From Camelus ferus (taxonomy: Eukaryota): a stretch of DNA of 64,000 nucleotides. Shown piece by piece: positions 51,804-63,977 of this stretch (its first letter is position 1; each line of letters starts with the position of its first letter). The notes under the pieces are model-generated. The model worked only from the letters and a program-made list of their open reading frames with translations. It searched no databases and was not told the DNA's origin. Where the stretch lies: assembly GCF_009834535.1 (NCBI RefSeq), contig NC_045696.1, forward strand, positions 53,942,001 through 54,006,000, in the 5' to 3' direction. Both the position numbers and the translations under genes were made by a program.

Positions 51804-52066
51804 CGTGCAACTGATATTGGAGCTTACATTGACAACGCATTCCTGTTATTCTGAAGCCATCAGTTTAAAGGAGATAAGAGCTGAGGTTAACCTCTTGGTT
51901 GGCTGGACAATTGAGATGGATGAGGTTTTTCCATGCACTCAGGAGCTGCAACGGAATGAGTTCAACTCATTGGTATACAGGCCTGAGAAGGAACGCTGGA
52001 GAGGTCTAAGCTATATTTGATTTGCTTGGAGTGAAAAGGTTAATGCAATGTTTTATGGTTGTTACA
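51804..52066 (-). mobile_element. Possible 5' portion of an LTR on the minus strand
   Basis: Reverse complement starts TGTAACAACCATAAAAC (LTR-like terminus); abrupt compositional change at ~51803. Confidence 0.4.
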
Positions 52067-52717
52067 GCCAGGAGAATGGTTACCCAGAGCAGCCACAGAG
52101 CTTCAGCAATTATTTAACCTAGGTAGATCAGTCCTACTTATCCAGTCCTACTCTGTAGGCATACCTTTATAATTGATGCTACATTTATATGCTATATGTA
52201 TTCAAAAATAATCAGAGTCAACAGACATCCTGACACTTGATGTCAGGTGCTTCACTATGTGCTGAGGATACAAACGTTTACAAGAGGCGAATGGATTCTA
52301 GTTTTGTATCTACCATTTAGAGAAGAAGAATGGTATTAACTAAATGCTCATGAGGATGATGAACACAAAAAGTGGAATGGGACCCCGGGGACAGAGGGCA
52401 AGTAACCCCACGAAGCCAGGGACATCTAAAGAAAGGACATGTGTGCTGAGTCCCTGTATCTGGGTGAGTTTGGTTAGGGAGAAAGTTTCAGGCAGAGGAA
52501 ACAGCAGACTCCATGACAAGGGAGAACATGGACTTTTGGACTTTTAGAAGAACAGAAAGAATTCTAGATCACCTAGAACCCAAGAGAATAGGGGCAAGGC
52601 AGGCAAGAAACACTGCAAAGGCAGAGTGGCCAAATCAGGAACCTGGAACTTTATCATAAGGGCACTGAAAAGTAAATCAAAGATTCTGAACAGAGGAAAA
52701 TATCAGTCTTTGTGGCT

Positions 52718-52892
52718 ATCATCTCATTTAATCCTCACAACCACCTAGATATGTAACAGGCACCATACTACTCGACAGATGAGGACACTGAAAATCAGAG
52801 ATTAAACCAAATGCCCAAGGTCACACAGTCACATAATATCACAGGCAAGTTTTGGATCCTGGTGTTCGATTTTAAGTTCAGTGCTCTTTTAC
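52718..52892 (-). mobile_element. MIR SINE
   Basis: atctcatttaatcctcacaaccacc...acagatgaggacactgaaaatcagagattaaaccaaatgcccaaggtcacacag. Confidence 0.85.
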
Positions 52893-54109
52893 TGGGAAAT
52901 CGTTGCCATCAGTGGCAGAGGATTTTCATGAGTAGGATCTTGTGGGTTGGAGACATCCTCACATTATTTGGTATTAGAGAAGATACACAAGGGAAAAGCG
53001 AGAGCCCAGGGGACTCCTGCAGCCCTAATGTCTTCCTGTAATTATTGCTAGCACTTGAAGGGATTAAGGAACAGAGACCTACGTGAGGAGGCAGATTCTC
53101 TGACCTCAGCCTTTTCATTGATTAAATGGGGGAAGAGGTGACTAGATGGTCTCTACGGCTTTTATTCCAGTTCCAAAATAAAGGACTTGTCAGGCTCACG
53201 TCAAAAGACAATGTGGCACCATAGACCTCAGGCCACTAGTAGGAACTAAAAATCAAAGGAGCATCTGTGCCTGGGAGTCAGGGCACAATTATTTTCACAT
53301 CTGGATAGGCTAAGAAGAAGAGAATTGAGCTGCGTAGTGCTACCAATAAAAGCTGGTAACAATGGCAGAGGTGCATTCAAAAGGATCTCAAATGGGTATA
53401 TATATCAGTTTTCTGAATTCCTTAACTACCAGTTAAAGGGCAGAACATTCTCATAAACTAGGGCAGTAGTAGCCGGACGCCTCTAGTTTACTCCCCTTCC
53501 ACCTGAAATTGACAACCACCTCCGTGTGCTCACTCAACTGCCTGATGCCTCAGTTTTCCTCAAGAATACAGTGGGAATAATGCAGTCATTTAATTAATAT
53601 TTGTGATTATGGAGGAAATGGACTTGAACGAATGAAATGCAATTAGCATTATGGTAATCTTTTTTAAGGTGACCCTATTCTCAATTAACTGTATTGTTCT
53701 CACAAAATATAAAAGTAGAAAGCTGCTTTCCCTCTTAGGCTTGGCTTGTGGGTGGTAGCTAGGAAGATATCTACCAAAAACAAAACAAAACAACCCCCCC
53801 TCCCAAAACACACACACACACACACACAAATACTGAAGCAACGATATTAAGTAGACATTTACCATTCTTGAAAATTCTAATCTTTTCTACAGTCATGATT
53901 TATGCTGTCTGCAAGATAAAGCAACACATGAAAACTACAGGGGAGGAAGCAAGATGTTACTGAGTTTATTCTTTCACCTCCTTCTCCTGCTGCCTGTATT
54001 CCATTCTATTAATATATATTTAATATGAATATCACTTCAGGATTTTCTAAGGAAATAAATGCAAGAAATAATATTTTTCAACTTAGCCCAGCCCAGTTGT
54101 TAAATTGTC

Positions 54110-54340
54110 AGTTCTGGAGTCTGGCAAGTTCAACTCATGACTCTGTATTTCCTGGTTGTGTGACCTTACGCAAGCTAATTAACCTCCCTATGCCTCGGCT
54201 TCCTGACTAATACAATGGGAATAATAATAGGTCTACCTTGTGGGGTTGTTGTTTGGATTTAAGAAATTAAAACGTGTAAAGGACTCAGAACAGTATCAAG
54301 CACACAGCAAACACTCAATAGACATCAGCTATTGTTACTA
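54110..54340 (+). mobile_element. MIR SINE
   Basis: tgtgtgaccttacgcaagctaattaacctccctatgcctcggcttcc...aatgggaataataatag...taaaggactcagaacagtatcaagcacacagcaaacactcaata. Confidence 0.85.
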
Positions 54341-54784
54341 CTATCCTTTTACTCCCTCTGCACTTCTATTCCCTGATCTGTTTGTTTGTTTGTTTTTTAA
54401 TATTGATATCTCTAATTGCCCTAGAGAGGACTAGGGCTGGTGGGGGAAAATACTTTGATGTCTGAAGATCTGTGTCTTTTAATTATAGCCCTTATACTGA
54501 TTGTAAAAGTTGTTGACACTTTTACAGGAACTAGGGGAGGAATGACAGGATACAGCTCACCTAAGCGTGTGCCTGTGTGCGCACACCCACCCCAGTGGAG
54601 TAAAAATGAAAACTAATGGGGCTAGAAGAAAAAAGAGCAAGACATTATCTTCAAATATCATTTAGGGAATTGAAGAATAATACAGTTTAATAATAATATT
54701 TTATGTGAACAAATTTCCCTTCTTTTGAGAAGAGCTTAATGTGCTTAATTTGGTTTTCATTTATATTAATCATTTCTTATCTAT

Positions 54785-54970
54785 ATTAAAGCACTTATCA
54801 CATTGTATTGCAATTTATCTATTTATACGTCTAACTCTCCTACTAGACCATGAAATCCTTCAAGGCAGAGGCTTAGTATTATTCATTTTTCTGGCCTCAA
54901 GGCTAATACAGTGTCCTTGGAAAGTAACAGGCACTCAGTTAATATCTGGTGACTAAACAAATAAATGAAA
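54785..54970 (+). mobile_element. L2 3' end
   Basis: ctagaccatgaaatccttcaaggcagaggcttagt...acaggcactcagttaatatctggtgactaaacaaataaatgaa. Confidence 0.75.
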
Positions 54971-56411
54971 TTCTCAATCATATCGTTGCCTTAATTAATT
55001 GCCATTATAGATAGTTCAAGTTTATATGCTTTACGCAAGTCTTAAAAAAAAAAACTATACATGTGTCATTTAAGCAGTAAATTTACAGAATCCTACAAAA
55101 GAGTGCTTTTAAAAAAGTCAAGTCACAGACTATTTAAATACCAAGCTTCTTGATAGTCCAAATTTTGGTGCTTGAAAGTGCTTGTGGAAAACTGGCCATG
55201 TCATTCAGAGATAATACCTCTCTCTCCTGGGCCAACTCAGACGGAAACAACCTGAATTTTCCTCGTTCTCTTCTCCCACCCCAGAGACATATCCCATTTA
55301 CAGTGACTGACTGATAGCTCAGTCTCACACTCTCCCTGGCAGTGACCCTGGTCCTGAGCAGGTGTTAATAAAAAGATCCAGTGTCAGAAGAGATGGCTTA
55401 GGAAAAGGGTCAGTTTGAACCCAATTTTCTTACTCTTGGTCCAGAATTGCTGCCCTCAGCCGGTCCCTGTCTTCAAGGTCTGTTTATTTCTCCTGTTGCC
55501 CTGCATCTCTAGATGGTGGATACCTCTGTCCTGTGTTTCCAATATCAGATCTCCCATAGAAATGGCCTGAACTCTATTTGCTGTATGACTGGGCTTACAT
55601 ATCAGATTTATAAGGTCATCCAGTGATTATACTGGATAAGAATTTCAGAGCCAAACATGAGAAACAGTGAGGATTAGAAAAGTGTAGTGACTTATCCCAG
55701 GGGTAACAGTGCAAACCAGTGTCAGAGAGAGAGAGCTAGAACCAAACTCCTTTGTCTCCAGGTCTAATCCTTTCCCGATGTATCACGGAGAGCTGGTTAA
55801 CCCACCCATAGGAATCCCAAGACTGGTGACCCTACTTTCTCACCTGGCTAACCCAGCAGGTCCTGACTGATTTCTTGCCATGGTTCCAGGACTTTCATAT
55901 CACCCTATTCTTCTGCCTTTTCTCAACAGCTGGGCCTGCTCTCTTCTTTCCTTTCTAGATAGTCTTTTGAAGACTTAGAACTGACAAATTCCCCGCAGCT
56001 TCAGGTAAATGGCCAGCCAATGTGTAACTAAGAGATGCAGTCTTTGACAAATATTTGAGTGCTTGTCATGGACAAAGCTCTGAATTAATTTAGCTAAAGA
56101 GAATTCCCATGAGATCATGTATCTTTTTAACTACCTCTGACTTTTTACATTTACTTAGATGACTTGCTTGGTTTGGGACTTTAACATTCCAAACCTCTAC
56201 TTCTGTCATTTATGCATATAATCTCTCTCAACCTACTATTTATCTACAGCTCTAGATTTCAAACCACATATTGTGACATATTAGTCAGTTATGAAGTCAC
56301 TTTAGGGGGTTTTAATAAATTTTTAATAAAAAAGAATAAAAGGAAGGGAAAAATAGAATATGTCATGCACAGAAGGCTCAACATTGTTTTGTGAAACTTT
56401 AAAATAAGTAT

Positions 56412-56442
<31 letters not shown>

Positions 56443-57595
56443 CACATGTGTGTATGTGTATGTATGTTTGTATATATCTGGCTACTAAGTACATGATCAA
56501 AAACACTTGAAAGCCACTGACCTAGAATGTATTTGCTTTCCTTCTAATGAAAGGCTAAAATATTGGCATGCCATTTTTCTTAAAAACTATTCAGTGATCA
56601 TTATGCTCAATTTTAAAAATCAAGTATATTTACAGAAACAGAAGGAATAAAGAGTCACAATCTCTCCTTCAGCAATCTGATGCACAGAAAATGTATCATT
56701 CAAGTTTCTTATGCTATTCCAGTGAATTGAAAGTCTAAATCAATTTTTAAAGATATGATTTATATGCAACTTTTCAGAACACCGGGTACTATATCAGAGA
56801 AGGCACGTGTATTCTCTCTCCTGCTTCCACAAACACCTGCAGATTAGTCAATTCCTAGCTCTCTTTGGTGCTTTTCTTCTTTGCATATTGTTTTGCTACT
56901 CTGACTACATTAAAATCTGAAACTATTTGACTAGCATCCCTGGAGCATATAATGACTGTGGATGTGTGCTGGAGATGCTCTTATCTACTTTGAGTAAGGG
57001 GGGAGCAAAAGCGATGAAGAGAACTGCTGTGTAAATTCTTTATGCATCAGAGAGGTCCATTAGTGAAAGAAGAAAAGGAAAAGAGGAAAGTACGATCTGA
57101 GACTGAGGACTTTAAAATTGGAAAACAAAGTATCTTTTAGTCATCTAGACTGCTTGTAAAGTTTTCGATGTTTTCTCATACTTAAAGGAAAAAAAGACAC
57201 GCAGAACATTCAGATAAAAAGAATAAACAGGAATGACCTTTTCTGGAGGACTGGAGATAAAAAGGAATGCAGATATAATTAAAAGCCTGAGAAAAGGAAA
57301 TGGTTGTAAATCCAGTCATTTCCATCACACTCAGTGTGATTTACGAATCATTACAGTTATTTCTGCCAGCCAACTGAGAACGGCTTGGGAAATGTTCCTC
57401 CAGTTGTTTTATTTTGTTTGTTTTAAGTAGGAGTGACACATTTCTTTTTCACTAGTTGTTAAAACAAAACTTCATGAACCAGAAAATGGATAAACCTCGA
57501 ATAGGTGCTCGAACACATATACCATCAGATGGGAAACTCCCCACGAAGCCCCTCAGCCCAGTTCTCTGACTCTCCAAGGCTGGGCTGATTCTTAA

Positions 57596-57849
57596 TCTTT
57601 CAAAAATATTTTTTTAAATCATAATTTCCTTTTATTTATAGAACATGTAACATGAGGTCTAACACCTACCAAAATTTTAAGTGTGCAGTACACCATTGTT
57701 GACTTTAAGTCTAGTGTTATACACCAGATCTCTAGAACTTACTTATCTTGCTTAACCGAAATCTTATCCCCAATGATTAGTAACTCCCTATCTCCTTCTC
57801 CTCCCAGTCCCTGGAAACCACCGTTTCACTCTCTGATTCTATAAATTTG
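57596..57849 (-). mobile_element. 5'-truncated L1MA-type 3' end with long TSD
   Basis: agatctctagaacttacttatcttgc...ccctggaaaccaccgtttcactctctg; TSD aggctg(g/a)gctgattcttaa at 57577-57595 and 57850-57868; TT|AAGA endonuclease-like site on the minus strand. Confidence 0.88.
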
Positions 57850-57951
57850 AGGCTGAGCTGATTCTTAAGCTAAGAAGGGGAACCCTTGTGTTAATCTGCG
57901 ACCAAGAACGATGGCGGAAGGGTCACAGAATGTAGAGAGGTAAAAGATTGG

Positions 57952-58215
57952 GGTAGGGGGAATTTGAGAGTTTGAGATTTGCAAATATTAACTACTATAT
58001 ATAAAAATAGATTAAAAAAACATATTTCTTCTGTATAGCACAGGAAACTATATTCAATATCTTGTAATAACCTTTAATGAAAAAGAACATGAAAACAAAT
58101 ATAAGTATGTCTATTGTATGACTGGGACAGTACGCTGTACACCAGAGACTGACACATTGTAATGGACTATACCTCAATAAAAAATAAAATGATATACCTA
58201 AAAAAAAAAAAAAAA
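57952..58215 (+). mobile_element. Camelid-type L1 3' end with poly(A)
   Basis: ctgtatagcacaggaaactatattcaatatcttgtaataacc...tatgactgggacagtacgctgtacaccagagactgacacattgtaa...aataaa and poly(A); flanks aaaagattggg/aaaagatctggg resemble a TSD. Confidence 0.88.
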
Positions 58216-61059
58216 GATCTGGGACATCATTTGTCTAAATCCCTTATTTGGTTAATGGGAATATTATGGTTTGAGAGATGAAACGACCTTTCTAAATTTA
58301 CATAAGTTTAAATGGCAGAGCCAACTGTAATCACTGTTAGGCCAGCACCCCACATTTGTTTAGATAAACACTTTAACTCTGATAGTGCCCCTAATTTTAA
58401 AGGGAAAATGTATCTTTTGAATTAACTAAAACTCAAGATCATGTTCCCCATCGTCATTAAGACTGGGAAGACACTTTACAAAAGAGACATTCATTGTAAT
58501 GTCCAACCAAGCCCAATGGTCCATACTAAGACTCTTAGTCATTGCATTTTGGTCAACAACGCAAAGTTATTTGCCTACCGTCACACAGCAAGGAAGTTGT
58601 GGAGTGTAGGTTCAGTATATTTGACTTCAGAGGCCATTCTTAAACCTTTGTTGCTCTGCCAAGGTGACATCAGCAGCAGCAGAGCGGAGAAGTGAAGTAC
58701 AGATACAAACAATCTCCTAACACTTAACTCTCCTAACATAATGTATTAGAGTTAAATGTGCTTGGATAATGAGAGACAGTACTTTTGTAAACTGAAGTCC
58801 ATCAAAAGTGATTCCCATTATGATTTTACACGCCAGAGTTCCTCTGCTAGAGTTGTACGCAGCAGGCAACCTTAAGTTGCATAGCAAGTGGAAATGTGCT
58901 GATTTTTCTGAATGAAGACATCATGGTATTCACTGTGGCCACAGACTTGAAACCAATTTCAATAGGTTGGCCATAACTACAAACAGGTACAATTTAGGGA
59001 GTGTCTTCTTTATTATAAATGGTGCCCTTCCTCTGTTTCACTTTTTAAGAGCAAAAAGGGGCTTTCTCTTAAAGGTTTCTTTCCCTCTTCATCTCTAAAG
59101 GTCTTCTTAAATCCAAGGAGCAGATCTGTCTACAAATGACTTCAGTTTTAAACATTGCCTATTAATCCCTAACATTATTTCTTACTCTTTTATAAAACAA
59201 AACATAACAAAATAAAACAATTAAAAGAGAAAATAAAACTGCACAGTGAGAGATAAGACGCCCTTCCATTACTCTTACAGGATGATTTCTCTTATCAGGG
59301 TGACTGGCCATTGGCCACAGAATGAGGGCCCTTTATTCCAGCGAGCAGGCTGTGTTGTCAGGTGTTTTCTTCTGGCCCTTCCAGTACCTGTCTTCAAGGC
59401 AGTGAGATGAAAGTGTTTCACTTAAATAAATATCAGAGTGGCACCATCACCATGGCAACCAGAAACGAGCTTTTAAAGACGGGAACAAGTGAATGAAGGA
59501 AGGAGAGTGTTATTATTTATTTTACATTAAATAAAATGCATGTGAGTTTAATAGTGGAAAATAGCCTAGCATATTAAAAAGAGATAATAGAACAACCTGC
59601 CTCCCTCAATCCTACTCTGACACTTTACCCTCTTTCCATTATTGTGAACAAAATCAGAATCATCCAGTAGAAAAATTCAGCTTCCTTTCATCAGGAATTT
59701 CAATTGGTACCATTATTCAAGCTATTTATTATTCAAAATCTTATAGAGTTCATTTGGAAAATAAATGGGCATATGCCCTACATTTTTAGAAAAGAGAAAT
59801 TGATAGTAAGAGCATGAGACTCAGCGGAGTTCTTAAAAATCCAGTTCTGAATCTCACGTAGATCAAACATCAGTCAGCATGTGGATCTCGGCAATCTTGT
59901 TTGAGAACAGAAAAACGAACTTCAATTTGCCAGCAGAGTTGGTATGTTAGTGTGAACACCTTAGTAGCTGGGTTTTAACACCTTTAAACTTGTTTTTAAG
60001 CCAATCCAAGCTGTATACGTGCACATTTCATATGCCTGCATCTTCCATCTTTCTTTCTCCTTCAAAATTGTATAAAATAATATACCATAAAGACCAATTG
60101 TATTTTTAATATTATGTATACACTTAAATACACTTAATGGATTTGCAACACGTTTCTTAGAACCTGAAGGCGGAAAGAGTTTCATTACTTAGTCCTGTAA
60201 TACAGATATTTTTAAAAAGCTCAATCTTCATATTGTTTAGAATATCTTTTTTTTTTTTTTTTTTTACTGTCCTGGAGAAATTAGAGGTAAAACAAGAAGC
60301 ACTAGTGAGAAAATTGCAGACTTCTGCTCTTCCTCTAAAATAGAGTTGTGTGACTACCTCTGTGTGAGACAAGGACCCCGCTGTCTTAGTGACAGAACAG
60401 GGGGTGAGAAATGAGGGGATCATTTCCTCTCATTTGTTCTTTGGGATTCTCTAGATACTGATTTCTGGTGCCGTGGAAATTTCTAAATGAGGGAGTCTAA
60501 GGCAGACTTCACAGGAACCGTCTCCACCTGCTGATTTGGGGAGCAGAGTAGTCCTGGTCAGAAACAAAGACTGAAAGGGAAATTGGCCGGCGATTCAATA
60601 TTCCCATTTTATTTTGTCTGCATGAAATAAGCCTTGCTATTTCCAAATAAAGTTTTCAATTTAAACACACCTCACCTGTAAACGGATTCCTCTAACAACC
60701 TTAAGTAAGTTGGCACTTTCTACAGAAACTTCAGTCATATAAGCACTGCCTATGAAGGAAACGTGACCAGAAGAAATAATAAATGCTGGTAAGTTCATTC
60801 CTGGTCAGAATTAGGCCAAGGAATTGTACTGTCATGAAAACTTGCCCATCGGTGGGTCCAGATGTGCCATCATGAAGCACCATAAGGAAGGATCTGATTT
60901 GTCCTGTTAGTACCATGAAAACAGCAGTGGACAAGGAGTGAGGAAACCCTGCTTCTGGTCTCCATTCCTCCAACGCTTTGTTCTGTTTATGTCAGACCAT
61001 AACATCTTTCAAAGCAGAGAGACTGTTAGGACTTCCGGAATTTGAGAAGTTATTTATTT

Positions 61060-61339
61060 CAGGGTTTCTCATTGTGTTTTTTAGAAGAATTACATGAGAT
61101 GTTAGACACTAGAGGATTAATAAGCAAAAAAGTTCTAGGGCAAATAACTTTGGGAAATGCTAGTGACTCAAAGTTGAACAGGGCTCTTTAAGAAATCTCA
61201 GAGCCTTTTATAGGTATGTATATTATGATTCTCCAGAAGGGAATTCTACATTTTCCACAACCATATTTGACTCTCTCTACATATTTTATTAAGAACCTTA
61301 AAAAGACCATATTTCTAAGAACATAATTTGAGAAAACTG
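61060..61339. mobile_element. hAT-Charlie-type non-autonomous DNA transposon
   Basis: TIR-like ends cagggtttctca ... tgagaaaactg; internal ctttgggaaatgct. Confidence 0.6.
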
Positions 61340-61733
61340 ATGCCACTCAAACTTTTTATTTCATCAAGAAGAATAAGGCCTACAGGGCTTAAATGACAGT
61401 AGTCAAATGACAAAGGCATTCAGACTGTAGCCCAGCTCTCCTGACCCTCAGTGTAGAACTTCTGACTACTATACCAGGCTGACTTTCTAAACTTTGTCGA
61501 GCTCCACTTCCTACAACGGTAGGAAATGGGAAAAATTAATTTTTTTCTGACTCCTTGACAGAGATTCCATGAGAATCCAATGAGTAAAAGTATGTGAAAA
61601 GTTCTCCTGTGTGAATCAACATGTGAAAAAACACCAATCCTGATATTTCTCATCAGTACTTGAAGTATGTGAATTAGTTAGCCTAATACAAATACATGGT
61701 TTTAAAACTGATGGATGTTATTGTTAACCTGGC

Positions 61734-62311
61734 TGTTGCCTCCAGGATCATATCCCTGCCCCTCCCTCAAACAGAAACCAGTTACTCTTATCTAAGGCTC
61801 AGGAGGAACTGCAGAGGGAAAAGAACAAAAACTGACTAGCACCAACTACACCCAAGATGGCAGAGGATTCGACTTCCATTGGAACTTGAGCCGAATTATA
61901 CACTCACTGTAACACATTAGCATGCTAAGTGACACACCCATCAGCGCCGTGACAACAACGGGAAGAGCCCACACAAGGACTGAAAAAGAGAGCTGCATCA
62001 GTTTCAAGTGTAAACTACATCCTTGTGCTCAAATAACTCGTGAATATTCCTCCATTCATTCCAATTCCCTCCCTTTTACCTTGATCTTCCGATGTAGATA
62101 TATATTTATGTCTCCACCCGAGTTGGGTTCAGAAAATGATGCACAAATTAGGTTCCCACTTCTCTGTTCTTTGGCCATTGAATAAAGCTTGTGCTGTCCC
62201 AGCACTGGTTTAGTTATTGGCTGCATGGATCCAAACAGAAAAAGAACCTCCCTGGCCAGGACAGGGAGAGGCGGTCTAGGCCTGGGATAAGACCTGACCA
62301 ATTTGGTAACA
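61734..62311 (+). mobile_element. MER41-like ERV1 LTR (5' boundary uncertain)
   Basis: aattatacactcactgtaacacattagcatgctaagtgacacacccatcagcgccgtgaca (~61894-61954) resembles MER41; AATAAA at 62181-62186; ends ggtaaca. Confidence 0.75.
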
Positions 62312-62699
62312 GTGCTACACTTTTGGAATATTGTCCAGTTATAAGTCACTTGTTCTGGAAGCTCCAAACATCCTTTGTGAGAGTGAAGTGGTTTCTTCTT
62401 CACTTACATGATTTCCACTGAAAAAAGGGTCTCTAGAGCACTAGCAAGTCTTCTGAAATTGGTTTTATTTTTAATTCTTTTCTCATATATTTGCATCCCA
62501 GATTGTGAGAAACTCTACACTTTTTTCCCCCAATTTTATGGGAGTTGTAACTAAGGGAACCTGAAGCTAAGAACAAAAGGCTCTGAGTACCTTAATTCTG
62601 AGTCAAGCCATTTCCTCACAAAGGTTGCTGAAAGGTGCTGTTTCAGCTGAACCTTTTCTCTATGGTAAAGAAGTCTAAACATAAACCTACTATATGATC

Positions 62700-63152
62700 T
62701 ATTTTTATCCTAGGTTTTTACTCAAAAAATATGTACATATAAACACTTATACATGAATGTGCACATCAACTTTCTTTGTAATAGCCCCAAACTGGAAACA
62801 ATCCATCAATAGATGAGTGGATGAACAATATGTGGCATATCCATACAGTAGAACAGTACTCAGCAATAAAAAAAGGAATGGCTTGAATGGATTCCTGATA
62901 TACTCAACACCATAGATGCATCTCAAAGTATTATACTGAGTGAAAGAAGCCAGACAAGAAAGTACACGCTGTATGATTCTGTTTTTATAAAATTCTAGAA
63001 AATTCAGATTAATCTATAGGAACAGAAAGCAGACCAGTGGTTGCCTGGAGACAAGAGGAGGCAGCAGTGCAGAGGGGAACTCACAGAGATGCATGAGGAA
63101 ACATTTGGGGGTGATGAATATGGCCATTAATTTGATTGTGCTACAGTTTCAC

Positions 63153-63207
<55 letters not shown>

Positions 63208-63275
63208 CAAGATTTATCAAATTGTAGACTTTAAGTGCAGTTTGTTGTGTATCAGTTGTATTTTCATAAAAATTT
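62700..63275 (+). mobile_element. Old L1 (L1MB/MC-type) 3' end containing (TA)24
   Basis: taatagccccaaactggaaacaatcc...tatccatacagtagaacagtactcagcaataaaaa...gagtgaaagaagccagaca...agcagaccagtggttgcctgg; (TA)24 at 63156-63203. Confidence 0.88.
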
Positions 63276-63348
63276 TAAAAGAACTTTTTTTTAAAAAAAG
63301 GAAAAGAAAAGAAAACTGAACTTGGTGTACCATACTGGGAAGCCCCCT

Positions 63349-63954
63349 TGAAACTGAGCAGGACCCTGTGGGGCCCTCCTAGGTACAAAAGCTTTTCTGT
63401 GTCCCATTCTTGTTTACAGGAAAAAGGCTTAAGCCTTCTAGACCTTTCCTGAGTTCCAAAGGGTAGATTCAAACAGTTACTAATTAGGGGAGTGAGAGAA
63501 TGCAGAACCAGGAAAAGCAGTCAAGAACCAATAATGCATCCATGGGGCAGGGCCCTAGTCTCCTGCTCAAGGGATATTTATAGCAATCTGATACAAATCT
63601 CTGAGTTCTACTGTAGGAACTAAGGCCTCCGCCCAGATAGGAGATGGTAACTTCAGGCTTAGCAATAAGCAGTGCACCCCACACTGGTCACAACCAGAAG
63701 GCTGCTGTTTGAGATTCCTGTTACACCACCCTGTTACCTCACCACCAACCAATCAGAAGAAAGTCACACTCCTGCAACCCTCCCCCCAAATTTGCCTTTA
63801 AAAACTCTTCCCTGATACCCATCTGGGAGTTCAGGTCTTTTGAGCATGAGCTGCCCATTCTCCTTGCAATAAACCTTTCCCTGCTCCAGACTCTGACTTT
63901 TCATTGTGTTTGGCCTCACTGTGTGTCAGGCACACAAGTCTGGGTTCTACAACA
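63349..63954 (+). mobile_element. ERV1-class solo LTR
   Basis: tgaaactgagcaggaccctgtgggg ... CCAAT (63749), tttaaaa (~63797), AATAAA (63868-63873) ... ttctacaaca; no clean TSD. Confidence 0.8.
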
Positions 63955-63957
63955 CAC

Positions 63958-63977
63958 GGGGGGGGGGGGGGGGGGGG
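63958..63977. repeat. Poly(G)20 run
   Basis: 20 consecutive G. Confidence 0.9.

Noticed and set aside
55959..56004. Strong acceptor/donor pair as a coding exon
   Set aside because: Stop codons in all three frames; could only be non-coding.
61033..61040. TTCCGGAA as a GAS site near the MER41-like LTR
   Set aside because: The spacer is 2 nt rather than 3, and it lies outside the LTR.
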